64,000 bases of DNA from Candidatus Roizmanbacteria bacterium GW2011_GWC2_34_23 (GCA_000990305.1 LBPR01000002.1:8688-72687), one strand, 5' to 3'; counted from the stretch's first letter, positions 39,003-49,382 are shown. A program made the numbers and translations. The notes: a model not told the origin generated them from the sequence alone.

Positions 39003-40331
39003 TTACGGTATTGGGAAACGGAGAGCGAGCTTTTTGACTCTTAAATGAATTTCCTTCATTTTTTTGTTGGCTCTCATTTCCTTTTCAAACTTAGCAATGT
39101 AATCTTTGCGCTCAAACTTGTTTTCCGGTAAACGATATGGCTTTAATAAATTAATAACTCCCAATATTACGCTACCGATGAACTTCATTTCTTTTTCCTT
39201 CATTCCACGTGATGTGGAGGCCGGTGTTCCAAGTCTGACCCCTGATGGATAAAATGGTGACGATGTCTCATCCGGAACGGTGTTTTTATTTAACGTCAGC
39301 CCAACTAAATCAAGGGCTTTTTGAGTAAATACTCCCGAACCTGCTCCAAGCGCTGAAGTCAAGTTCACAAGTAGTAAATGGTTTTCACTGCCTCCACCAA
39401 CTAATTTTAAACCGCCATCCATCAATGTTTTCGCTAAAACTTTTGAGTTTTTAACAATTTGAGTCGCATATTTTTTAAAAGATGGTTGGGATGCCTCAAA
39501 CAAAGATAAAGCAATACCAGCGGTTGTATTGTCATGCGGTCCTCCCTGAAGTCCTGGAAACACAGCTTTATTTATTTTATCGGCCAAATCAGGATCTTTC
39601 TTCAGACCTTTGTTGGTGACCATGATCATCGCGCCCCTTGGCCCTCTTAAGGTTTTGTGAGTCGTTGTTGTAACAATATGGACATAAGGAACCGGAGACG
39701 GGTGAACTCCTCCGGTAATAAGACCGGCAACATGAGCAATGTCAGCTGCTAAAAAAGCCCCGACTTCGTCGGCAATTTCCGCAAACTTTTTGTAATTAAA
39801 TTTAAGCGGATAAGCAGTCGCTCCTACCCAAATCAATTTTGGTTTATGTTCTTTTGCCAATCTTCTAATCTCTGCATAATCAAATAAATCTTCATTCTTA
39901 TATACATTATCTTTCCTCAATGAATATTGAAAGGGTTTGTAAAATATTCCCGTTGCCGAAACCATATGACCGTGAGTAAGATGTCCTCCGGCAATCAAAG
40001 CCTGCCCCATGATGGCGTCCCCCGGCTTGCAAGTTGCTAAGTAAACGGCCAGATTAGCCGGCGAACCGGAATATGGCTGGACATTGACAAAAGGGACACC
40101 AAAAAGTTTCTTAGCCCTTTCCTGACATAATATTTCCAGCTCATCAACATTTTCATTGCCGCCATAGTAACGCTTTTTTGGATAACCTTCTGAATATTTA
40201 TTAACAAAGTATGAAGACAAAACTTGCCTTACTTCGCTGGAGGCATAATTTTCGGAGGGGATTAGCTCAATTCCTTCTTTCTGCCTTTTTTCTTCCTTTT
40301 TAACCAGATTGTAAACTTTTGTGTCTTTCAT
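39003..40331 (-). CDS. glyA: Serine hydroxymethyltransferase
   Basis: LIPSENY, NKYSEGYP, TTTTHKTLRGPRG, FPGLQGGP; start reassigned. Confidence 0.98.
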   Translation of the reverse strand: MKDTKVYNLVKKEEKRQKEGIELIPSENYASSEVRQVLSSYFVNKYSEGYPKKRYYGGNENVDELEILCQERAKKLFGVPFVNVQPYSGSPANLAVYLATCKPGDAIMGQALIAGGHLTHGHMVSATGIFYKPFQYSLRKDNVYKNEDLFDYAEIRRLAKEHKPKLIWVGATAYPLKFNYKKFAEIADEVGAFLAADIAHVAGLITGGVHPSPVPYVHIVTTTTHKTLRGPRGAMIMVTNKGLKKDPDLADKINKAVFPGLQGGPHDNTTAGIALSLFEASQPSFKKYATQIVKNSKVLAKTLMDGGLKLVGGGSENHLLLVNLTSALGAGSGVFTQKALDLVGLTLNKNTVPDETSSPFYPSGVRLGTPASTSRGMKEKEMKFIGSVILGVINLLKPYRLPENKFERKDYIAKFEKEMRANKKMKEIHLRVKKLALRFPIP

Positions 40332-40400
40332 TTTAGGTAACATGATAAACAAATGATTTTTTTATTTCAAGGGCAAAGAATTAACTACGTGAAGTATAAT

Positions 40401-40468
40401 ATTGTTACATTGTTTAATTGTTTCATTGTTAAATACAACAATCGAGCAATTTAACAATTGAACAATAG
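40401..40468. repeat. Octamer array (ATTGTTNN)n followed by (AACAATNN)n
   Basis: Same family at 45764-45852, 57500-57530 and inside the CCA gene. Confidence 0.7.
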
Positions 40469-40472
40469 ATTT

Positions 40473-40778
40473 ATGTTAAATCTTTTACTCAGTGCTGACG
40501 CTATCATGATTGTCATATTTATTTTCAAGGCCTCTACCATGCCTCCTCAAATTCCTCTATTTTATTCCCAACTGTGGGGTGAGAGTCAATTAGCTGATTC
40601 ATGGTTGATATTTATTTTGCCAATTTTTATGAATATTTTATATATTATTAACCAATATATTTTTAATAAATTTTATTCAGATAATATCTTTGTAAAAAAT
40701 ATTTTTTATTATCTTAATCTTTTCCTTATTGCCAGCTTTACTTTAATCTTTATTAAAATTATTTTTATAGTTTCATAA
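40473..40778 (+). CDS. Small membrane protein (DUF1648-like)
   Basis: PPQIPLFYS..WG motif, three TMs. Confidence 0.6.
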   Translation: MLNLLLSADAIMIVIFIFKASTMPPQIPLFYSQLWGESQLADSWLIFILPIFMNILYIINQYIFNKFYSDNIFVKNIFYYLNLFLIASFTLIFIKIIFIVS

Positions 40779-40779
40779 A

Positions 40780-41835
40780 ATGAATTTTCTTATTTTTTTA
40801 TCGGCTACTTTTATTTCTTATCTTCTGACTATTCCAACGATTACATTAGCAAAGAAATTCCATTTGGTAACCGATTCAAAAACCAGAAATCATCCTGCCC
40901 ATACTCACGTCGGGATTATTCCCCGAGCCGGGGGTCTGCCGATTTATTTATCAATTCTTTTTACATCTCTGATTTTTTTGCCAATCAGTAAAATCATTTT
41001 TGGTATATTAATTGCCAGTTTCTTTTTGATTATTCTTGGATTATTTGATGATGCCTATGACCTTTCTCCTTATTTAAGATTTGTTGCAAATATTCTTATC
41101 TCTGCGCTCGTTATTGCTTTCGGTTTAGGTATCCCTTATATCTCAAATCCTTTTGGGGGAGTGATCAGGCTTGATTTTTGGCAGATACCTCTTAATTTTT
41201 TTGGGGTTCACTATATTTGGGTAGTAGCCGATTTATTAGCCATTATTTGGCTTACTTGGTCGACTAATATGATTAACTGGAGTAAAGGAATTGATGGGCA
41301 ACTACCGGGATTTGTTGCAATTACGGCAATATTCTTAGGACTACTATCAAACCGATTTACCAGTCATGACATTTCGGCGCAATCGGTAACTATTTTGAGT
41401 TTCATTGTTGCCGGAGCATATTTGGGTTTTTTACCTTTTAATTATTATCCTCAAAAGATTATGCCTGGATATGGGGGAGGAGCTTTGGCGGGATTTTTAT
41501 TAGGCATTTTATCGATTTTATCATTTGGAAAAGTAGGAACCGCAATACTTATTTTGTCCATCCCAACTATCGATGCAATATACACAATGATCCGAAGATT
41601 GAAAAAAGGACAGTCCCCTTTCCGGGCCGACTGGGGGCATTTCCATCATCGCCTCATGGAGATAGGTTGGGGAAAAAGACGGATCGCCATGTTTTACTGG
41701 TTGATCTCTTTGATATTGGGAGTAGCTAGTTTATTTTTAAAAGGAATTGAAAAACTCGTCGCTTTTGTTATGATCGGAGTAATGCTTTTGGCCTTCATAT
41801 TTATAATTGAGAAGATGAAGAAACGGAGAATATGA
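40780..41835 (+). CDS. MraY/WecA/TagO-family polyprenyl-phosphate GlcNAc-1-phosphate transferase
   Basis: PRAGG, GLFDD, NW.KGIDG, ADWGHFHHRL. Confidence 0.9.
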   Translation: MNFLIFLSATFISYLLTIPTITLAKKFHLVTDSKTRNHPAHTHVGIIPRAGGLPIYLSILFTSLIFLPISKIIFGILIASFFLIILGLFDDAYDLSPYLRFVANILISALVIAFGLGIPYISNPFGGVIRLDFWQIPLNFFGVHYIWVVADLLAIIWLTWSTNMINWSKGIDGQLPGFVAITAIFLGLLSNRFTSHDISAQSVTILSFIVAGAYLGFLPFNYYPQKIMPGYGGGALAGFLLGILSILSFGKVGTAILILSIPTIDAIYTMIRRLKKGQSPFRADWGHFHHRLMEIGWGKRRIAMFYWLISLILGVASLFLKGIEKLVAFVMIGVMLLAFIFIIEKMKKRRI

Positions 41836-42983
41836 AATATTACATAAAAACCTTTGGCTGTCAACAAAATCATGCTGATTCCGAGCGCATTGAGGCTGAT
41901 TTTAAATCCCGAGGATATACAAAAGCCCACAGTTATAAAAGCGCAAACTACGTCATCATTAATACCTGCATGATTAGACAGTCTGCTGAAAATAGAGTAT
42001 ATGGGTTAGTAGATAATTTAGGAAAAATTAAACAAGCCAAATTAAAAAAGGGTGAGGTTTTTAAAATAATAATTACCGGATGCATGATCGGTATTGTCTA
42101 TCGTGATAAAACCGGCAAGTATTTGAAACTGCTTAAACAAAGAATGGTCAATGCTGATGAATTTATGCCGATCGAAGAGGTGGGCTTTAACCTCCCACCT
42201 GTTCGCACTGATAAAACTAGTGCTTGGGTTCCCATTTCAAATGGTTGTAATAATTTTTGTACCTTCTGTATAGTTCCTTTTACCCGAGGTCGTGAAATTA
42301 GTCGACCATATGAAAACGTAATCTCTGAATGTCTTGAACTTAAAAAAAGGGGGTACAAAAACGTAATGTTATTGGGACAAAATGTTAACTCTTATGGGGC
42401 TGATTTAATTGTTGGTGAGAAAAAAATTAAAAATTTAAGCCCCATCTATGTCAAACATTTAGGTCGTTATCGAATCCCTACACTGTTTCCTCACCTCCTT
42501 GATGAAGTAGCTCAGATGGGTTTCGAAAAGGTAGAATTTATGTCCAGTAACCCGTGGGATTTTTCCGATGAATTGATCGATGTTATAGCTAAAAATAAAA
42601 ACATCAGCCGGTCACTGCATCTACCAGTTCAATCAGGTGATGATGCCGTCTTAAAAAGAATGAATCGGTGGTACACCAGCGACGAGTACCTCGTCTTAAT
42701 ATCAAAAATCAAAGCTCAAATACCAAATATAAAATTCACAACAGATATAATCGTAGGGTTTTGTGGGGAAACAGATGAAGAATTTCAAAATACGGTCGCT
42801 CTTTGTAAAAAAGTCGGATTTAGCTGGGCTTATGTCTCAATGTACTCTCCCCGATTTAACACTGCCGCTACTAAGGTATTTAAAGATGATGTTCCCCACA
42901 CTGTCAAAAAAAAGCGTTGGCTTATCCTTGAAAACTTAATCAATCAACCACGACTGAAATTAAACCGAAGCTCTTTGAAGTAA
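41832..42983 (+). CDS. miaB: MiaB-like radical SAM methylthiotransferase (no TRAM domain)
   Basis: TFGCQQN, INTC, GCNNFCTFCIVPFTRG, HLPVQSG. Confidence 0.85.
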   Translation: MKYYIKTFGCQQNHADSERIEADFKSRGYTKAHSYKSANYVIINTCMIRQSAENRVYGLVDNLGKIKQAKLKKGEVFKIIITGCMIGIVYRDKTGKYLKLLKQRMVNADEFMPIEEVGFNLPPVRTDKTSAWVPISNGCNNFCTFCIVPFTRGREISRPYENVISECLELKKRGYKNVMLLGQNVNSYGADLIVGEKKIKNLSPIYVKHLGRYRIPTLFPHLLDEVAQMGFEKVEFMSSNPWDFSDELIDVIAKNKNISRSLHLPVQSGDDAVLKRMNRWYTSDEYLVLISKIKAQIPNIKFTTDIIVGFCGETDEEFQNTVALCKKVGFSWAYVSMYSPRFNTAATKVFKDDVPHTVKKKRWLILENLINQPRLKLNRSSLK

Positions 42984-43307
42984 TTTCTCTATATTATTTT
43001 TGAAGGTTGGTAAATCTTCTTTGATTGTATCCCAAACAATATTTAAATCTACACCAAAATACTCATGAATAATAAAATTTCTCATTCCAATCACTTTTTC
43101 CCATTCAACATTTGGATTTGATTCAATAAAATTTTCATCCAAGTTGTTTGCTGCTTCTCCAATGACTTGAAAACTTCGAAGTACTGCGTCATGAGTTTTT
43201 TTATCAAAAATAAAATCTTCCACTGAAGAAGTATCTTTTATGTAGTCTTCTATGTCCTTAACCGCTTCTAAAATATGACTAAGCAATAACGAATTATCTT
43301 TTTTCAT
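42960..43307 (-). CDS. HEPN (DUF86/HepT-like) RNase toxin
   Basis: VIGEAA, MRNFIIHEYF (RX4HXY). Confidence 0.9.
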   Translation of the reverse strand: MKKDNSLLLSHILEAVKDIEDYIKDTSSVEDFIFDKKTHDAVLRSFQVIGEAANNLDENFIESNPNVEWEKVIGMRNFIIHEYFGVDLNIVWDTIKEDLPTFKNNIEKLLQRASV

Positions 43308-43585
43308 ATTTGATAAATGACCTTTTCATCTTTTAGAATTTTATCTTTAAGCATCGGATTGATACTTCCATAAGTTACGACGTCTACTGATTTTTTTAAA
43401 CTATCTTGAAGATCAATCTGCATTCCAGCCATATCAAATAAAGTGGTTCCATTAGCTGGTTCTATAAGAATATCTATATCACTTTTTTCATTATTATCCC
43501 CTCGAGCGTAAGATCCAAAAAGAGCTGCTTTTTTTACCTTGTAACCTTGGAGAATATTAATAATATTATCTATATCTTGCTTCAT
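43304..43585 (-). CDS. Minimal nucleotidyltransferase (MntA-like) antitoxin
   Basis: FGSYARG..SDIDIL (GSX10DXD); start reassigned. Confidence 0.9.
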   Translation of the reverse strand: MKQDIDNIINILQGYKVKKAALFGSYARGDNNEKSDIDILIEPANGTTLFDMAGMQIDLQDSLKKSVDVVTYGSINPMLKDKILKDEKVIYQI

Positions 43586-43634
43586 ATATGACATTATATC
43601 ACGTAATAAAAAATCGTTGTCAATTCAAAAAACA

Positions 43635-43727
43635 GATGTCCCTCACACAGTAAAAAATAAACGCTGCTTAGTTCTGGAAAATTTAATAAATAAACCACAG
43701 TTAAAAAGATCCAAATCTACGAATTAA
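43635..43727 (+). pseudogene. Orphan second C-terminus of miaB
   Basis: DVPHTVKNKRCLVLENLINKPQLKRSKSTN* versus DVPHTVKKKRWLILENLINQPRLK at 42888-42959. Confidence 0.88.
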
Positions 43728-43737
43728 TCTAATAAAG

Positions 43738-43850
43738 CATTTATCATTTTAAATTTTTCATTTATCATTGATTTTTCATTTGATTATTTATTAATTAAAA
43801 AATAAAAAATTAAATTTCATTAAAAAATGAGAAATGAAAATTGAAAATTA
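43738..43850. repeat. Degenerate heptamer array with inverted halves
   Basis: CATTTNT units followed by AAAATNA units. Confidence 0.5.
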
Positions 43851-43911
43851 TTCTAATTATTTATATAAATATCTTAACAGATTAGCATCATTCTTGTGTT
43901 AAAATTAACTA

Positions 43912-44889
43912 ATGAAACTACTTGTGACCGGTGGAGCTGGATTTATTGGAAGCAACTTCATTCTTTATTGGTTAAAAAAATATCCACAGGATAAAATTGT
44001 TAATTTGGACAAATTAACATACGCTGGCAATCTTGAAAATCTAAGATCCATTGAAAAAAACCCTAACTATGAATTTGTGCAAGGTGACATCTGTAACCCT
44101 CAACTAGTTAATTCTCTAACAGAGAAAACCGATGTAATAGTTCACTTCGCTGCTGAATCACACGTTGATCGGTCCATTATGGATCCGGCTCCATTTATCA
44201 AAACAAATATTGAAGGTACTTATGTTTTACTTGAAGCCGCTTTAATAAACAAAGTAAAAAGATTTCATCATGTTTCAACAGATGAAGTTTTCGGAGCTCT
44301 TGAATTAGGATCAAGTGAAAAATTTAATGATTTAACTCCGTATAATCCCCACAGCCCATATTCTGCTTCAAAAGCTTCCTCAGACCATTTGGTCCGTGCT
44401 TATTTTGATACCTATAAACTTCCTATGACGATATCCAACTGTTCAAACAATTTTGGTCCCTACCAATTTCCGGAAAAATTAATTCCTTTGGCGATCACGA
44501 ATTTGATCGAGGGGAAAAAAGTGCCTGTTTATGGCGATGGGCTCTATGTTCGTGACTGGCTTTATGTCGAAGATCATTGCCGGGCGATTGATTTGGTTTT
44601 GCAAAAAGGAAAAATTGGAGAAACTTATTTAATTGGCGGATTAACTGAAGATATTGCCAATATAGATATTATTAAGAACATTTTAAAGATTATGGGAAAA
44701 GATGAAACACAAATCGAATTTGTCAAAGACCGACCCGGTCATGATCGTCGGTATGCTATCGATTGGTCAAAAATTAATAAAGAATTAGGCTGGAAACCCG
44801 AGCATAGTTTTGATGAATATCTAAAGATAACAGTAGATTGGTATATTAGTAACAGAAAATGGTGGGAACGAATTAAAAAAACAGTTTAA
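43912..44889 (+). CDS. rfbB: dTDP-glucose 4,6-dehydratase
   Basis: TGGAGFIGSN, HFAAESHVDRS, STDEV, YSASK, DRPGHDRRY. Confidence 0.96.
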   Translation: MKLLVTGGAGFIGSNFILYWLKKYPQDKIVNLDKLTYAGNLENLRSIEKNPNYEFVQGDICNPQLVNSLTEKTDVIVHFAAESHVDRSIMDPAPFIKTNIEGTYVLLEAALINKVKRFHHVSTDEVFGALELGSSEKFNDLTPYNPHSPYSASKASSDHLVRAYFDTYKLPMTISNCSNNFGPYQFPEKLIPLAITNLIEGKKVPVYGDGLYVRDWLYVEDHCRAIDLVLQKGKIGETYLIGGLTEDIANIDIIKNILKIMGKDETQIEFVKDRPGHDRRYAIDWSKINKELGWKPEHSFDEYLKITVDWYISNRKWWERIKKTV

Positions 44890-45746
44890 TGCTTATGCTA
44901 AAAATCGCTCTTACAGGGGCTGATGGCTTAGTTGGCTCAAGAATTGTTGAACTTCTTAAAGATGATTTTGAATTTATTCCGTTACCCCAAAAGTTGATGG
45001 ACATTACCAATAAGGAACACGTTGATAATGCCTTGAAAAATTTAGATTTTAATATCTTTTTCCATCTAGCCGCTTTCACTAATGTCCCGGGGGCAGAAAC
45101 TAACAAAGAGCTTTGCTTTAAGATCAATCGTGATGGAACTAAAAACGTGTATGAGGCGGTCAAGCAAAAACAAAAAAAGTTTATTTATGTTTCAACTGAC
45201 TTCGTTTTTGATGGTATTAGTCCTCCTTATAATGAAGATTCCCTTCCAAATCCGATAGGAGTTTATGCTTTATCAAAATACGAAGGTGAAAAAATTGTTA
45301 ATCCGCCAGCTGGCGGACAGGCGATGATTGTTAGAATCGCATACCCGTATCGGACCAGTTTTGAATTAAAAAAAGATTTTTTTAGAACTTTTAAATTTTA
45401 TTTAGAAAATAATAAGCCTTTATCGATGATTACCGACTCTCTCATGACGCCGACCTTTATTGATGATATTGCTTATGGGTTGAAGTATTTATTTAATAAT
45501 TATAAACCTGAAATATATCATCTCGTGGGAAGCCAATCAATATCACCTTATGATGCAGCTATGAAAGTGGCAGAAACTTTTAATCTTGATAAATCTTTAA
45601 TTGGAAAAACCACTTATGAAGAATACATTTTAGGCAAAGCCCGATTACCCCAGTTTGCAACTATTAAAAGCAATAAGAATAATTTTTGGAAAATGAAAAC
45701 ATTCGGGGAAGGATTAGATGTAATAAAAAAACAAATATCTAAGTAA
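44889..45746 (+). CDS. rfbD: dTDP-4-dehydrorhamnose reductase-like
   Basis: TGADGLVG, HLAAFTNV, STDFVFDG, YALSK. Confidence 0.88.
   Translation: MLMLKIALTGADGLVGSRIVELLKDDFEFIPLPQKLMDITNKEHVDNALKNLDFNIFFHLAAFTNVPGAETNKELCFKINRDGTKNVYEAVKQKQKKFIYVSTDFVFDGISPPYNEDSLPNPIGVYALSKYEGEKIVNPPAGGQAMIVRIAYPYRTSFELKKDFFRTFKFYLENNKPLSMITDSLMTPTFIDDIAYGLKYLFNNYKPEIYHLVGSQSISPYDAAMKVAETFNLDKSLIGKTTYEEYILGKARLPQFATIKSNKNNFWKMKTFGEGLDVIKKQISK
45302..45317. repeat. TCCGCCAGCTGGCGGA palindrome, in frame in rfbD
   Basis: Perfect 16-bp GC-rich palindrome encoding PPAGG. Confidence 0.75.
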
Positions 45747-45763
45747 CTTTGATATATCTTTTA

Positions 45764-45852
45764 TATTGCTCTATTGTTTAATTGTTACATTGTTAAAAAA
45801 CAACAACCTGCCTGCCGGCAGGCAGGTCGAACAATGAAGCAATGAAACAATG
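45764..45852. repeat. Octamer array with nested CCTGCCTGCCGGCAGGCAGG (45807-45826)
   Basis: Intergenic between rfbD and ugd. Confidence 0.88.
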
Positions 45853-45891
45853 TTGCCTTTATTACAGCATTTTTGTATCATTTAATTTCAT

Positions 45892-47187
45892 ATGACAATC
45901 ACCGTTGTTGGACATGGATACGTTGGTTTGGTAACCGCTTGTGTTTTTGCTGATTTTGGAAATCAAGTCTTCGTAATTGGACACACAAAAGAAAAAATTG
46001 CCTGTTTAAAAAGTGGCGACCCAATTATTTATGAGCCAGGTTTGAAAGAACTGCTACAAAAAAATATTCGGGCAAAAAGAATTTCTTTTACTTTAGATTA
46101 CGAAAAGGCCATTCCTGAATCAGAAATTGTTTTTATTACGGTCGGCACCCCCCCAAAAGAAACAGGTGAGGCTGATTTAACGGCTGTTATTGAAGTAGCC
46201 AGGAATATTGGAAAAAATCTTAAGACTAAATTTACGGTGGTATCCTGTAAAAGCACAGTTCCAATCGGCACCAACCACAAATTAGAAATAATAATAAGTA
46301 AACATAAATCAAAACATGTTGATTTCGCCGTCGCATCTTGTCCCGAATTTTTAAGGGAAGGCACAGGAATTTTTGATACCATTAACGCTGATCGGGTTGT
46401 TATTGGGTCAAATAATAAACGAGCTGTTGAACAGTTGATTACGCTTCATAAACCAATTAACGGTAAAAGGGTTATTACTGACTTGGCCTCGGCTGAGATG
46501 ATTAAATATGCATCTAATGTTTTTTTGGCTAATAAAATATCCTACGCCAATCTCATTTCTTTTTATTGTGAAAAAACAGGTGCAAATGTTAGTGAAGTGC
46601 TTTCCGGAGTTGGAATAGACGAGAGAATCGGTAAAAAATTTCTAAATCCTGGACTTGGGTATGGAGGATCATGTTTACCTAAAGACGTCAAAGCTTTTTT
46701 GGATATTGGAAAAAAATTATTCATAAAAACAGATCTTCTTTCATCCATAGAAAACATAAATTTAAGAGCCCAAGAAAATTTTTTAGAAAAAATACTTAAA
46801 TATGTTTCTGGGAAAAAAGTCGCTGTTTGGGGATTAAGCTTTAAACCTAACACTGATGATATAAGATTTGCCCCCTCTGTTTTTATAATTAAAAAATTAC
46901 TAGAACAAGGTTTTCAAATAAACACTTATGATCAAGAGGCAACCAATAATATTAAAAAGATATTTGCTGATAAAATTTATTACAGCAAAGATCCCTATCA
47001 AGCTGTAAAAAAGGTCGACGCTTTAATAATTATTACCGAATGGAATGAATTTAGACAAATTGATCTAAATAAAGTTAAAAAACTGATGAAAAACCCAACG
47101 ATTTTTGATGGCAGAAATATTTATGATCCATCCGATCTTAAGAAAATGGGGTTTAAATATTACTCGATAGGAAGACCGTATCAGTAA
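45892..47187 (+). CDS. ugd: UDP-glucose 6-dehydrogenase
   Basis: GHGYVG, CPEFLREG, GYGGSCLPKD, FKPNTDD. Confidence 0.93.
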   Translation: MTITVVGHGYVGLVTACVFADFGNQVFVIGHTKEKIACLKSGDPIIYEPGLKELLQKNIRAKRISFTLDYEKAIPESEIVFITVGTPPKETGEADLTAVIEVARNIGKNLKTKFTVVSCKSTVPIGTNHKLEIIISKHKSKHVDFAVASCPEFLREGTGIFDTINADRVVIGSNNKRAVEQLITLHKPINGKRVITDLASAEMIKYASNVFLANKISYANLISFYCEKTGANVSEVLSGVGIDERIGKKFLNPGLGYGGSCLPKDVKAFLDIGKKLFIKTDLLSSIENINLRAQENFLEKILKYVSGKKVAVWGLSFKPNTDDIRFAPSVFIIKKLLEQGFQINTYDQEATNNIKKIFADKIYYSKDPYQAVKKVDALIIITEWNEFRQIDLNKVKKLMKNPTIFDGRNIYDPSDLKKMGFKYYSIGRPYQ

Positions 47188-47285
47188 ATCTTAAATAATA
47201 AATCCCAAATCACAAATAAATCCTAAAAGGTTTTAAATTTAAAATTTAAAAATTATTTGGAACTTGGAATTTAGTATTTAGAATT
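47188..47285. repeat. Degenerate heptamer array with inverted halves
   Basis: AAATCCC/AAATCAC units then GAATTT/GTATTT units; similar to 61081-61178. Confidence 0.6.
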
Positions 47286-47289
47286 TTTT

Positions 47290-48228
47290 ATGAAAATACT
47301 TATTACTGGTGGAGCTGGATTTATCGGCTCTCACCTAACTAAATTTCATCTTGCAAAAAATGATGAAGTTACTGTTGTTGATAATTTTATTACCGGAAAT
47401 AAAAAAAATCTTGAATCTGAAATAAATAATAAGAATTTAAAAATAATTGAAGCTGATATTGTTAACTTTAACTTTTCAACTCTCCTTCCTTTTGATATTA
47501 TTTACGATCTTGCCTCTCCCGCCTCCCCAAAAGATTTTATTAACTTATCAATAGAAATTCTTAAAGCTAACAGTCTTGGGCTAATGAATATTTTGGATTT
47601 TTTTGTAAAAAGTAACAGTAAAACAATGGTCTTCTCTTCGACTTCCGAAGTTTATGGCGATCCGCTGGAGCATCCGCAAAAGGAAAGCTACTTTGGTCAT
47701 GTTAATCCAGTTGGCATACGCTCTTGTTATGACGAAGGCAAAAGATTTGCTGAGGCTTTGATGATGGCTTACTTTAGAAAATACAATAAAGATATTAGAA
47801 TTGCCAGGATTTTTAATACTTATGGACCGTATATGAAACGGGATGACGGACGGGTTGTTTCCAATTTTGTCAACCAGGCAATTAATAATCAGTCATTGAC
47901 TGTGTACGGTAATGGGTTTCAGACTCGCTCTCTTTGTTATGTATCAGATATGGTTGAGGGATTACATTCGATAGCTACTACTCAAAACCGCGCTGGCGAA
48001 ATTATTAATATTGGTAATTCTAACGAAAAAACAATTTTAGAAATTGCTGATATAATAAAAAAATTGAGCCGTTCCCAATCAAAAGTTGTTTTCAAAACCA
48101 TTGATCAAGATGATCCAAAAAGACGTTGCCCTGATATTTCCAAAGCAAAAAATCTTTTGAACTGGAAACCAAAAATAAATTTGGAAGAAGGCTTAATAAA
48201 AACTATTGAATATTTTAAAAATCTATAA
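47290..48228 (+). CDS. UDP-glucuronate decarboxylase-like SDR
   Basis: LASPASP, STSEVYGDP, RSCYDEGKR, RIFNTYGP. Confidence 0.88.
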   Translation: MKILITGGAGFIGSHLTKFHLAKNDEVTVVDNFITGNKKNLESEINNKNLKIIEADIVNFNFSTLLPFDIIYDLASPASPKDFINLSIEILKANSLGLMNILDFFVKSNSKTMVFSSTSEVYGDPLEHPQKESYFGHVNPVGIRSCYDEGKRFAEALMMAYFRKYNKDIRIARIFNTYGPYMKRDDGRVVSNFVNQAINNQSLTVYGNGFQTRSLCYVSDMVEGLHSIATTQNRAGEIINIGNSNEKTILEIADIIKKLSRSQSKVVFKTIDQDDPKRRCPDISKAKNLLNWKPKINLEEGLIKTIEYFKNL

Positions 48229-48232
48229 AAAT

Positions 48233-49375
48233 ATGAAAAAAGCTTTAGTAGTATTACCTACTTACAACGAAGCAGGCACAATAAAAAAACTCATTGAAGA
48301 TATTTTATTACAAAATCAAAAAGTTACTAATTGGGAAATTGAAGTCTTAATTAATGATAGTTCGTCAACCGATGATACTGCTAAATTAGTTAAAGAACTG
48401 CAGAAAAAATATTTCAAAAAGATCTATCTTTTGGAAACAAAAAAAGAAGGACTAGGCAAGGCTTACCATCAAGCATTTATTTATGCCATTGAATATATCC
48501 AGCCATTTGTTATTATCCAAATGGATGCTGATTTTTCTCACAATCCAAATGACACACCTTTGTTCCTAAATGAAATTGCCAAAGGTGCTGATATGGTCGT
48601 TGGAGCACGTTATATTAAGGGAGGTTCTATTCCAAAAAACTGGGGAATTCACAGAAAAATATTGTCTGTTTTTGCTAATTTGACTATTCGTTTTGGATTT
48701 ATGAAACTAAATGTTCATGAATGGACAAATGGTTACCGGGCAATAAAAATTTGGCTGATTAAGGACGCTCTTGATCATATAAAAAATTACTCTGGATATG
48801 TTTTTCAAATTGCCATGTTGGATTATGCCATCAAAAAAGGAGCAAAGTTGGCGGAGATACCGAATAACTTTATTGATAGAAAATATGGCAAATCTAAAAT
48901 ATTTGTCTCTCAATATATTTTGCAAATATTGGCTTATATTTTTTCACATTCATCATTTATAAAATTTATCATTGTTGGTTTTATCGGCTTTGCCGTTGAT
49001 TTCTCTTTTGCCTATTTGTTTATTAATAAATTTCATTTTAACAAACCATCCGCGAATATGTTTAGCGCCGAAATAGCTATCATATCTAATTTTTTAATGA
49101 ATAATTTCTGGAGTTTCAAGGACAAAAAAATTCAGGGAGGGGTTTTTTCTTATTTATTTAAATTTATTACTTTTAACTTTGTTTCTTCCGGTTCGATTAT
49201 TATTCAAGGAGTCGGACTAAGTTTGGCTTTAAGATTTATTGCAGATAAAACTATTCATCTTTTTGGAGTTGCCAACATAAGCTCATGGATTGTATATAAA
49301 ATATTAATCATCGCTTTTATCATCATCCCCTATTCTTATATTCTTTATAATAAAGTTATTTGGAAAAAAAAGTAA
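48233..49375 (+). CDS. Polyprenol-phosphate mannosyltransferase-like GT2 fused to a GtrA-like domain
   Basis: LPTYNE, QMDADFSH, then KFIIVG..NFLMNNFWSF; start reassigned. Confidence 0.85.
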   Translation: MKKALVVLPTYNEAGTIKKLIEDILLQNQKVTNWEIEVLINDSSSTDDTAKLVKELQKKYFKKIYLLETKKEGLGKAYHQAFIYAIEYIQPFVIIQMDADFSHNPNDTPLFLNEIAKGADMVVGARYIKGGSIPKNWGIHRKILSVFANLTIRFGFMKLNVHEWTNGYRAIKIWLIKDALDHIKNYSGYVFQIAMLDYAIKKGAKLAEIPNNFIDRKYGKSKIFVSQYILQILAYIFSHSSFIKFIIVGFIGFAVDFSFAYLFINKFHFNKPSANMFSAEIAIISNFLMNNFWSFKDKKIQGGVFSYLFKFITFNFVSSGSIIIQGVGLSLALRFIADKTIHLFGVANISSWIVYKILIIAFIIIPYSYILYNKVIWKKK

Positions 49376-49382
49376 CAATTAT

